Positions 9,304 through 17,706 of a DNA stretch of 64,000 nucleotides are shown here, piece by piece. A program made the translations under genes and the position numbers. The first letter of the stretch is position 1, and every line of letters starts with the position of its first letter. The stretch is from a virus (taxonomy: Duplodnaviria > Caudoviricetes): the IMG/VR virus record IMGVR_UViG_3300008255_000137, positions 3,502 to 67,501 of that record; one strand, written 5' to 3'. The notes under the pieces were generated by a model. That model was not told the DNA's origin and made no database searches. It saw nothing but the letters and a program-made list of their open reading frames with translations.

Positions 9304-10383
9304 TTACAATACATCATTAAAAGTGTAAAATTTAGTCTCTTGTCCTTTTATTATTTTTTCAGCCAGATTCTTGTCACCAAATCCCTGAAAAGACTCTTGG
9401 AGTATTTTCCTCCAATCTTTTTCTCCATTTTGTAATCTCTTTTTCCAATGATGAGTATTGAAGGTGGAGGGAGCCAAAACATTTATTCCACAACAAGTAT
9501 TGGCTTTTTCCTTCCATTTCCATCCCGTATTAACAAAATCTGGACAACCTAAAATCATATTTTCTTTCTCCGATATTTGAAGAAGTCTCTTCAAAATTTT
9601 TTTCCATTTCGAGTCCTGATTATAATACCATATTTTTTCTATGTCCACTCCTATTTTATGAAGATTTTTAGCTACAAGATCATTAAAATGAAGATTGTAC
9701 ACATTATAACTTTTCACTCCACAATCTTTAATTCTTAACAAAGTCTCTCGAAAATCACTATAGTCATGAAATCCTGGAATGAAAGGTTCCCCATTCACCC
9801 CTACAGAAAATCCTCTCTTCAAAAGTTGTTTTATTATATAAAATCGTTTCTCAATCGAAGTAGTTCTTTTTCTTTCAAACAATTCCCAATCTCTTTCCAA
9901 TCCAGGAGACACTACAGGAAGAAAAACAAACAACCGCTTTTTATCATCGAAAAATAAATCCATATCTCTCATAAGATTATGAAGAAAACGAGTTTGAATA
10001 ACAAAAGACCACTCCAGCTTTATCAAAATCTTTACTATCTGTCTTGTTATTTTATAATGTCTCTCCGCTTCTTGATAAGGATCTGATCGACTTCCCAATC
10101 TTATTGTTATTTTATTTTTCAAAGCCCATGCTTTATAAGATTTGGGATTTGTATTTTTAACTGATGATCTCAACTTTTTCTCTATGGAAAGAGGATCTGC
10201 CGGACGCAGATCCTCCCCCCATGTTCGATTAAGTCTTCTAAATCCGCAATGATAGCAATAAGTAAGACAATTGAAATAACTATCTATGGAAAGAGGAAGA
10301 GGACAATACAAACAATCTCCCCGAAGACCTATTGAAGATTTATAGATTTTGTTTTTATTTGAAATGATAGTTTCCTTTTTCAT
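9304..10383 (-). CDS. Second SPL-like radical SAM protein (paralog of the neighbouring gene)
   Basis: CLTYCYHC; LGSRSDPYQEAERHYKITR, GEPFIPG. Shares the CPxPLxID motif upstream of the cysteine cluster with 7893..9260. Confidence 0.85.
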   Translation of the reverse strand: MKKETIISNKNKIYKSSIGLRGDCLYCPLPLSIDSYFNCLTYCYHCGFRRLNRTWGEDLRPADPLSIEKKLRSSVKNTNPKSYKAWALKNKITIRLGSRSDPYQEAERHYKITRQIVKILIKLEWSFVIQTRFLHNLMRDMDLFFDDKKRLFVFLPVVSPGLERDWELFERKRTTSIEKRFYIIKQLLKRGFSVGVNGEPFIPGFHDYSDFRETLLRIKDCGVKSYNVYNLHFNDLVAKNLHKIGVDIEKIWYYNQDSKWKKILKRLLQISEKENMILGCPDFVNTGWKWKEKANTCCGINVLAPSTFNTHHWKKRLQNGEKDWRKILQESFQGFGDKNLAEKIIKGQETKFYTFNDVL

Positions 10384-11473
10384 CTATTTCTACGAAATCA
10401 ATAAGGACCATAACTCTTTCGACTCTTCCTACATTCAATGCTGCCCATTTAGAAACATCTTTAGTGGCCCTTCCTCCTCCTTCCCGGAAAATATTTTCGG
10501 CTTTCTCAACGGATTGCTTTTTATTCTTTGACTTCAAAATGGCTTGAGTACATGCATCAATCCAAGAAATTCTTTTTTCGGACTCTTTTTTCTCCTTTTT
10601 TGGTCCTTTCTCTTTCTTAATTTTCTTCGTTTCCTTTTCCTTTTTTTCAACCGACTTCTTTTCCTTTACAACTTCCTCTTTTTCTTCAACCTCCTCTTCT
10701 TCTGCCCCAATTTCTTCAGTTTCTTCCTCTTCAGTTTCTTCTGCTTCTTCCTCTTCTGCTTCAGAACTCAAAGCATTGTAAACCTCAATGACCTCCTCCG
10801 GAAGCTCCTCCTCATGATCATCCACCACCGCTTCCACTGAACTCAAAAAAGTCTCATAAACATCTTCTTTTTTCTTTCCCACAATTTTGATTTTATCTTC
10901 AACAAATTCCAGTTCATTGAAGGCCTTTACCGCTTTTTTCAGATCACCAAATTTTACTTTCTCAGCCATTTTCTTCTTCCTTTCTTCTCGTTGATTTTTT
11001 AAAACTTCTTTTACGCTCACCGGGCGACCATTAAGAACACTCACCCTTTCTGAATTTCCCCATAAATTATTGGAGGGTTTGTTACCTATTTTCAAACCAA
11101 AACCGAAGCCTCTTAGGGGTTTCAAATTTTCAGATGACAAAATAATATTGTAAATATGCTCCAACAAAGACTCTCTTCCATCAAATCTTCTTTTTAAAAA
11201 CCTCCTTTCCGCTTTTGTAATAAATCTGGAGAAGCCTGATTTGACGGATTTATTACAAAAATACTTTCTTTCCTGACTGAACTGACAAACAATCTTGGTA
11301 CACTCATAATAAAATTCTTTCAGTGATTTAAAAGACCAGTAAACCAGGTTCATTTCCAAACCTAATAAAAACAACTCAGACAGATAAAGTTCTGGACATT
11401 CTTTTGTTACATTAAGCTCACCTCCATTCACCAATATTCGAGGGAAATCCTCCACTAAAATCGTCCTTCTCAT
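10355..11473 (-). CDS. Hypothetical protein with Glu-rich then Lys-rich low-complexity region
   Basis: 372-aa ORF with EEEEAEETEEEE tract. A plausible internal start at MAEKVK suggests two fused units. Confidence 0.6.
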   Translation of the reverse strand: MRRTILVEDFPRILVNGGELNVTKECPELYLSELFLLGLEMNLVYWSFKSLKEFYYECTKIVCQFSQERKYFCNKSVKSGFSRFITKAERRFLKRRFDGRESLLEHIYNIILSSENLKPLRGFGFGLKIGNKPSNNLWGNSERVSVLNGRPVSVKEVLKNQREERKKKMAEKVKFGDLKKAVKAFNELEFVEDKIKIVGKKKEDVYETFLSSVEAVVDDHEEELPEEVIEVYNALSSEAEEEEAEETEEEETEEIGAEEEEVEEKEEVVKEKKSVEKKEKETKKIKKEKGPKKEKKESEKRISWIDACTQAILKSKNKKQSVEKAENIFREGGGRATKDVSKWAALNVGRVERVMVLIDFVEIDEKGNYHFK

Positions 11474-11502
11474 TTATATTATAATCGACTTTTCAGATTT
11501 TT

Positions 11503-11715
11503 TCATAATTTTTCCACCTTTTCCAGAAATAAAAAACCATGACCAGAAAGTCCTTTAGTTTTCCGAACCTCCTGATTCAGTTGACCCAAATCAGCCAACA
11601 AAAACTTTCTTTTAGCCAGTCTTTCCGACTTGGCCTGAATAAACATCTGGTGCTTCCAAGTAATTACAAATAACTTTCTTTTTTCCATAGATTTTAAATT
11701 TCCACTTTGTTCCAA
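11503..11715 (-). CDS. Hypothetical protein
   Basis: 70-aa ORF packed between neighbours. Confidence 0.5.
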   Translation of the reverse strand: MEQSGNLKSMEKRKLFVITWKHQMFIQAKSERLAKRKFLLADLGQLNQEVRKTKGLSGHGFLFLEKVEKL

Positions 11716-12494
11716 ACCTCAAAACTCAATAACTCCTCTGCTGTAAAAAATCTTCCGGTAAAAGTCGTTGCTCGATCATCAATGGTTAAAAACGCAGCAG
11801 GTTTATGAATAGGAAATCGAATTTGATCCAGTTCTACTTTAGTCATTCCATACTTCAAAAGCCACTCCTTCATTACCTGAACCCCTATGGCACTTCTATT
11901 TCTAGACGAAAAAATACAAACCTGAAATTTTTCAGATTTAATCAGTTCTTTCAGCCAGTCAATGGAAGTCTCAGAATGAGAATAGATTGGTAGACTATAT
12001 TTTTCTACTGATACAGGAGCATCAGAAATTACATCTATTCCCTTCCATCCGGATTTATAACTATGAATCACCCCATCAAAATCAATGCAAAGTATAGGCA
12101 AGGTCATATCTTCTTTTTCCTCTTCCTGTTCCAGTATCTTTTGAAGTCGAGCCAAAGCATTCCAAGCAGCATGGGCCGCATGAAGAAGATTCGATCCAGG
12201 ATCATACTCCTCCCCTCTGGCTTCATCCATTAAATGACGATACATCGCATCTGTATAGCGATTTATCGGATCAGGAACGTGTGCCCAACTTCCCGGAGAA
12301 TACTCCTTTGCCCCATAAGTTCCCACCTCCCCAACAGCATACAATGCCCTGGCAAATCCATTCAGAACCAAACCCAGTCTATTCTTTCCGAAATCCATTT
12401 TTGCTCCCAGTTCTTTCTTTGATTTTCCAAAAGGATCTTTCTCTTCCATTAATGTTCTTCCTCTTTTTTTAATTGAATCTTTTCCTTTAGCCAA
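11694..12494 (-). CDS. dATP/dGTP diphosphohydrolase-like (DUF5664) domain fused to a HAD-family phosphatase
   Basis: N-terminal KMDFGK..VGTYGAKEY..RYTDAMYRHL..LLHAAHAAWNAL; C-terminal CIDFDGVIHSY (HAD motif I) and TIDDRA. Confidence 0.8.
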   Translation of the reverse strand: MAKGKDSIKKRGRTLMEEKDPFGKSKKELGAKMDFGKNRLGLVLNGFARALYAVGEVGTYGAKEYSPGSWAHVPDPINRYTDAMYRHLMDEARGEEYDPGSNLLHAAHAAWNALARLQKILEQEEEKEDMTLPILCIDFDGVIHSYKSGWKGIDVISDAPVSVEKYSLPIYSHSETSIDWLKELIKSEKFQVCIFSSRNRSAIGVQVMKEWLLKYGMTKVELDQIRFPIHKPAAFLTIDDRATTFTGRFFTAEELLSFEVWNKVEI

Positions 12495-12688
12495 TCCTTT
12501 TCCTCAATTTGTTCCTCACACTCCCCAACACAATAGGGACAAGATTCTCTCGTAGAATCAAACTCACATTTATGAATTAAACATTTGCAAATTCTTTCTT
12601 CTCTCAAAACAATCCAGAAATGACTTTTGTCTTCAAGCTTTTCCTGATTTATCCGAGTATAAATTGAATGCAACAAAGGTTCTTTCAT
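12449..12688 (-). CDS. Small Cys-containing hypothetical protein
   Basis: CxxHxC...CPYC; coupled to queE. Confidence 0.5.
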   Translation of the reverse strand: MKEPLLHSIYTRINQEKLEDKSHFWIVLREERICKCLIHKCEFDSTRESCPYCVGECEEQIEEKDWLKEKIQLKKEEEH

Positions 12689-13422
12689 TAATGTTCCTCC
12701 ACCTTTCCTTTCTTTTTAAAGTAAATTTCAGGCCAGATATACTTATGAATCTGTAAATTAAATACGGCAAAAACATTATCTCTCAACATCCAGTTGGCAA
12801 GAACGCTCGGCCCTCCCCTTCCTCCCCTTCCCCTTTTCAGTGGAATCATCGGAGAAAAAGCCACATTGCAATGTTCGAAATCATCATATTCTTCCATGAC
12901 TTTCAAAGCAAATTGATAGTCCTCCTTGCTCGCGACCACAAACTTCACCCAATCACAAGGACGAAGTTTTCCAAAATTATCTTTGTCCATTTTCCGATGA
13001 GCGCCCGAACTCGGAAGTTTGTAATCCACCACCCAACAATCAGGAGCAACATCTTTCTGCATCGGTATAGGCAAGGAACCATTCGTCTCGACTGAAACCC
13101 TCTTTCCTTCCCGTTTTAACTTCACAATCAATTCCAATAAACCGTCCTTTTGAAATAAGGGCTCCCCACCAGTGATTGTAGCCTTATTGAAAAAGGGATA
13201 ACTATTGTCAACATATCTTAAAAGACTGTTGACCAGCATTCGCTTTCCTTGTCGCTTTCGATGAGCATAAAGCGTATCACAATAAGAGCAAGGAGGATTC
13301 ATATTGCATCCGGCAAAACGAATGAATAAGGTAGGTGCTCCTTGATAGAAACAGTTTACCTCGCCATCAAAACTTCGAAAAGTAGAGTATATCCAAAATA
13401 ACATATCTCTCTCCTTTCTCAA
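12688..13422 (-). CDS. queE: 7-carboxy-7-deazaguanine synthase-like radical SAM protein
   Basis: FDGE...GAPTLFIRFAGCNMNPPCSYCDT, TITGGEPL, VETNGS, DYKLPSSG, KFVV, LQIHKYIW. Confidence 0.88.
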   Translation of the reverse strand: MRKERDMLFWIYSTFRSFDGEVNCFYQGAPTLFIRFAGCNMNPPCSYCDTLYAHRKRQGKRMLVNSLLRYVDNSYPFFNKATITGGEPLFQKDGLLELIVKLKREGKRVSVETNGSLPIPMQKDVAPDCWVVDYKLPSSGAHRKMDKDNFGKLRPCDWVKFVVASKEDYQFALKVMEEYDDFEHCNVAFSPMIPLKRGRGGRGGPSVLANWMLRDNVFAVFNLQIHKYIWPEIYFKKKGKVEEH

Positions 13423-14984
13423 ATATCTTTTTCTTTTCTTCGACTACTTTTGAAATCTGAAAAACTCCAACTCCATTCTGAATCCAATAAAGGATGCCCT
13501 ACTTCCAATTGTTGAAAAACCAAAACCTGTTTCTCCTGATTAAAAAACTTATGCCGATGAGCCACCAGTCCCAGTCGACAAATTCCTTTGATTTTCTCCT
13601 GAGGGGTCTGGTTTATTCCTATCATCACATCTACATGGGCAATCTTCCGAATATCTTCTGCCGTGTCCACTTCGCTCAAATTCTTTTTACTGATAGAAGA
13701 TCGATTGGATTGACTGGCAGTAAAGACAACGCAATGTTTTATTGCGGCCAACTTTTTAAGATTTTTCCAGATGTCATCAATCACTCCTCTCTCAGAAAGT
13801 CCTCGGGAACTCGGAGAAAGAATATCGGCATAATCCACCACAATCACATCTGGAACGACCCCCTCCATATACTCCAAATTGTCAAGCTCCCTTTCAAGAT
13901 CATCCACTGATGCCGTGAAAGCCGGATAACTGACCAACCTCATTTTCCGTTTGAAAACTTTGGTGAAACGAGAAATTTTCTCCTCAATCAATTTCTTACT
14001 TTTACTCACATCAAATTCATCCGATTGAATCCACCAAACAGAGGGCTTAAAATACTTCTCATTTCTACAAACTGCACAGACCGTATGAGATACTCCAGAA
14101 TCAAAAGAATCCAGAACATCTCCATCTTTAGTCAGAATATTACTGTCACTGATCCTATTTTTTCTTTTACAGGAACCATCTTGATTTTCAAGACAATCCA
14201 GAATTGGGAAAAGAATCCGATTTTTATGAGAGGGAATTCCAGCAATCCTCCGATAGATTCTTTCCTCCATCATCTCTAAACTCATCTCCAATGAAACAAA
14301 TAAAACCTTCAGTCCGGAAAACAAAGCCTGAATAGCAATCTCCTGAAGCCAATAGCTCTTGCCGCGCTTCATGGGACCCATGAAAGAAACAAACCAGGTT
14401 CTCTCCAAGTCTCCTATCAACTCCCCAGCTCGGCCAGGAAGAGACAAAAGAGATTCCTTTTCCCTGCTCAAAACTTCTTTAACTCTTTTCGGATCTAAAG
14501 GGTCCACCCAGTTACCCACAATGTTAGAAATTTTTCCATAATTGACTACTTGATTTTCTGCAATATCCACTTTTCCACTGGCAATCAGTCCTAATCCTCT
14601 TTCAAACAACAGATACAAGGATTGTTTCCTAAAGTATTCCTGAGCCTGATCCAGCACATATTGATAGTTGAAAGAACCTTGTTGTTCATACTCCTCAGAT
14701 ATCCGAGAAAGAAAAGAAGCCACAATGTCCTTGTTTTCTTCTCCCAGTTCCTCTTTCTCAGAATTAAAAATATCCTGAATCTGCTTTCCCGGAGCATGAT
14801 GGTATCTCTCATAATAATCCAGAACCCAAGATAAAACCGTTCGAACATACTCGGACTGAATATACTCGGGCTTGTACATTCGGTAAACTTCCCGACAAAA
14901 TTCTGTAGAAACTATTCCCGCAGTGGCTATCTTTTTTTCGACATCCCCCTTGAATACCTTTCTTCCGGCCAGTCGTAAGGACAT
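13419..14984 (-). CDS. dnaB: DnaB-like replicative helicase
   Basis: Walker A GPMKRGKS, VSLEM, VIVVDYADIL, TASQSNR; internal Cys-rich insert. Confidence 0.9.
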   Translation of the reverse strand: MSLRLAGRKVFKGDVEKKIATAGIVSTEFCREVYRMYKPEYIQSEYVRTVLSWVLDYYERYHHAPGKQIQDIFNSEKEELGEENKDIVASFLSRISEEYEQQGSFNYQYVLDQAQEYFRKQSLYLLFERGLGLIASGKVDIAENQVVNYGKISNIVGNWVDPLDPKRVKEVLSREKESLLSLPGRAGELIGDLERTWFVSFMGPMKRGKSYWLQEIAIQALFSGLKVLFVSLEMSLEMMEERIYRRIAGIPSHKNRILFPILDCLENQDGSCKRKNRISDSNILTKDGDVLDSFDSGVSHTVCAVCRNEKYFKPSVWWIQSDEFDVSKSKKLIEEKISRFTKVFKRKMRLVSYPAFTASVDDLERELDNLEYMEGVVPDVIVVDYADILSPSSRGLSERGVIDDIWKNLKKLAAIKHCVVFTASQSNRSSISKKNLSEVDTAEDIRKIAHVDVMIGINQTPQEKIKGICRLGLVAHRHKFFNQEKQVLVFQQLEVGHPLLDSEWSWSFSDFKSSRRKEKDI

Positions 14985-15011
14985 TCATTTTCCTCCCAAT
15001 CCGATCAATCA

Positions 15012-16451
15012 TCATTTCCAAGTATCCGACTCATAAATATTAAATCTTGGTAAAGGGGCTCTCTCCTCAAACTCAATCTCCTCCAGTATGATTCCAATCT
15101 TTTTCAGATGGAGGGGAACCCTTGCTTCATAAGTCTTTTCAGAACAGAACCATCCGGCAGTCACAATTCTCCATTGGCCCTTTACATCTTCCCCAACGGC
15201 ATCAAAAACATACTCAACAAGAGTTTCCGGTCGGGTTCGATCTATCGTGATCATCTTTGAGGAATAATCTTTTAAAAATTTTTCAAATCGAATAACTCCT
15301 TTCCTGAGTTTGTTTTCTTCGTCTACCGAAATTTTTGATATTCGCTTTTTCTTTTTGTAAAGATTTCGGAAAGTCCTTAAAACCGTTGGATTGTTAATCT
15401 CAACCCAGTCCCCATATTTATTTTTCAGATCCTCATACTCTTTTCCCACACACTCCTTGAACCATGAATCAAATCCCACATTCACTTTTTTTACCTTCAT
15501 CATTCGAATCAAGTGAGGAGTGAACTTGAAAAAATCTACAATGGAAACTACATATCCCAACTCACTCTGTCCAGATCGGGCATGAACCCAACAATCCTCA
15601 TCGGTAAGAAGTCGATGATAATTGTCCATGGATTTTTTGATTTTGTCTGCGGAATATCTGGAAAGGGCTTTTTGGATAAGCTTTCTGGCTTGATGATAAG
15701 TTTTGGTGGATCGTCTATGTTTGTGCAATGGGGAACCTAAACTTCCCCAATAATCGAAAATAAGATCAACCTCATCTTGAAAGGATTTAAGTCGATCTTT
15801 CATAAGATGGGATTTGTTTTTTTCAGGGGATATTTTTTGAGGGGAGGATAAAACTTTTTTTCTTAATTTAATTTTGATTTTCTTATTCGAAAAGTTTGAT
15901 TCTTTACTGCGATTGAACTTTTCGCCAGAAAAGTTCATCTCTTCAGATAAAAGATTGTTAAATAATTTATTATTTAATAAGATTTTAGATGAAGAGATAT
16001 TATTTATTTTATTATTATATAGAAAATTGTTCTTAATTGACTGACTATGTAACCCATTGTTATTTATAATTTTCTTCTGTTTTCTGAATACAACCGAGGA
16101 GAGTTTGGGAAAGTTAATTCTATAATGATTTCGAGCAGGTATACCTCTTTTCTCCACTTCCAGGATTTTATCTTCGACCAACTTCTGAACTATCTGTGTT
16201 TGCTTATTGTATTTCAGGTGGGTGACTGACTTAATCTGCTGTTTATTTATTGAGAAGAATCCCCGAAAATCAATCCAGTTTCTTCTTCGGTATTCATACC
16301 AACAGGTGGACATGAAGGAGATCCATAAAGCAATATCTACTCCATAATGATCCATGACGGATTGGTTGAGACATATGGAAGGAGAAGTAAAATAATCAAC
16401 TATTTTTACTTCAGAGGAACAATAATTAAAATTAAAAGGGAGTTTACTCAT
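15012..16451 (-). CDS. Putative replication initiator / replisome organiser (N-terminal HTH-like domain)
   Basis: N-terminus resembles phage initiators (FFSINKQQIKSVTHL..QTQIVQKLVEDKILEVEKRGIPARNHYRINF), followed by a low-complexity linker; lies between primase and DnaB. Confidence 0.6.
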   Translation of the reverse strand: MSKLPFNFNYCSSEVKIVDYFTSPSICLNQSVMDHYGVDIALWISFMSTCWYEYRRRNWIDFRGFFSINKQQIKSVTHLKYNKQTQIVQKLVEDKILEVEKRGIPARNHYRINFPKLSSVVFRKQKKIINNNGLHSQSIKNNFLYNNKINNISSSKILLNNKLFNNLLSEEMNFSGEKFNRSKESNFSNKKIKIKLRKKVLSSPQKISPEKNKSHLMKDRLKSFQDEVDLIFDYWGSLGSPLHKHRRSTKTYHQARKLIQKALSRYSADKIKKSMDNYHRLLTDEDCWVHARSGQSELGYVVSIVDFFKFTPHLIRMMKVKKVNVGFDSWFKECVGKEYEDLKNKYGDWVEINNPTVLRTFRNLYKKKKRISKISVDEENKLRKGVIRFEKFLKDYSSKMITIDRTRPETLVEYVFDAVGEDVKGQWRIVTAGWFCSEKTYEARVPLHLKKIGIILEEIEFEERAPLPRFNIYESDTWK

Positions 16452-16615
16452 CTTCCCAAGCTCCTTAATTGGAATGGGGATTTTTATTTATCTCTCCCAA
16501 GCTCATTTTTCCCCAGCTTCCTATTTGTGAACGGAAAAACAGAAGGGAAAGGGAAGAAGTTTTCGATGAAGGAGCTTGGGAGAGCCGCATCAAAGAACTT
16601 CTTCCCATCCTTCCC
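16452..16615 (-). promoter_or_regulatory. Structured 5' leader with an anti-Shine-Dalgarno loop (putative translational switch)
   Basis: Stem 16596-16606/16551-16561 encloses the loop CUCUCCCAAGCUCC, which is complementary to GAGCUUGGGAGAG (16492-16504) and to GGAGCUUGGGAAG abutting the ATG (16452-16464). Confidence 0.65.
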
Positions 16616-16668
16616 ACTCATAGAATAATATCTTTCATAACAAAAAATCAATAAATATCTTTAATTTA

Positions 16669-17706
16669 TTATAGACCTATAGAACTTCTTAATTTTATTA
16701 CTTCTTTTCTCTTTAAATCCGCAGGATCACCCTTAGAAATAAGGACTAATTCTACACGATCAAATAATGGCGAAATTCTTTTAGCCAGCTTTTCCCATTC
16801 GGCAATCGCATCATAATCCGGAAAAAGAAAAACTTCTTTGATATTTCTTTTCAACAACAGATTGATTTGTTCTTTGGTGACTTTGGTTCCCAAAGAAGCC
16901 CCACAGCCCTCTCCGATTCTCCAGCAGTCAAAAATCCCTTCCACCAAGATTATTTTTTCTTTGACTGAATCAATGTTGTAAATAAGATGTTTGGCCGGAA
17001 GAACAGAAAGTTCCTCTGGATGATTTTTATAGGGCTGAATTGCTTTTCCAGTAATGTCCCTTCCAACAAAAGTCATTATTCGATGATTTAAAAAAACAGG
17101 AATTACTATTCTGAATTTATAAAAACCGAAATTAGTTCCGGCTCTCAATTTATATTTCAGAATGGTTTTATGAGGATCAAACTTTCTTTTTTTCAGATAA
17201 TGGAGATGAGATTTAGGGAATTCTGAAACTACCCCTTTGGGCCACTCTATTTTCCCTTGAAAAACCGCTCTATCTTCGTTTTTAGCAGGGTTTTTTCTGA
17301 AAGAGGATATCTGATATGGGTCTGAATAAATATCCCTTTTAAACGCCTTTAAAACGAGTCGAGCCTGATACTCACTACAAGATTCAATCTCCCGAATCAA
17401 TCGGACAATCGAGCCTTTGGTTCCACAGATCCAACAGGAAATCATTTTACTGGTCAGATTGATTCCCAGATGATTTGAGTGATCCTGACAGAAAGGACAT
17501 TGGATATTGATCCATCCCCGGGTCACATTCTTTCCAGAATCAAAGTATTCTATGTTCCGATCTTGAAGATAGGCAATGGGATCAAACCATTCCAGATCTA
17601 ACTCTGAAGAGGGCTCAGAAATCATAGACCAACCCGGGGGAGGAGGACCCCACAAATCTATGATTTTGCGGGTCTGAGCCCTCTCCACAATCAAATCTAC
17701 AACCAA
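16669..17706 (-). CDS. dnaG: DNA primase (zinc finger + TOPRIM)
   Basis: CPFCQDHSNH..CWICG; ILVEGIFD; FPDYD. Confidence 0.9.
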   Translation of the reverse strand: MVVDLIVERAQTRKIIDLWGPPPPGWSMISEPSSELDLEWFDPIAYLQDRNIEYFDSGKNVTRGWINIQCPFCQDHSNHLGINLTSKMISCWICGTKGSIVRLIREIESCSEYQARLVLKAFKRDIYSDPYQISSFRKNPAKNEDRAVFQGKIEWPKGVVSEFPKSHLHYLKKRKFDPHKTILKYKLRAGTNFGFYKFRIVIPVFLNHRIMTFVGRDITGKAIQPYKNHPEELSVLPAKHLIYNIDSVKEKIILVEGIFDCWRIGEGCGASLGTKVTKEQINLLLKRNIKEVFLFPDYDAIAEWEKLAKRISPLFDRVELVLISKGDPADLKRKEVIKLRSSIGL

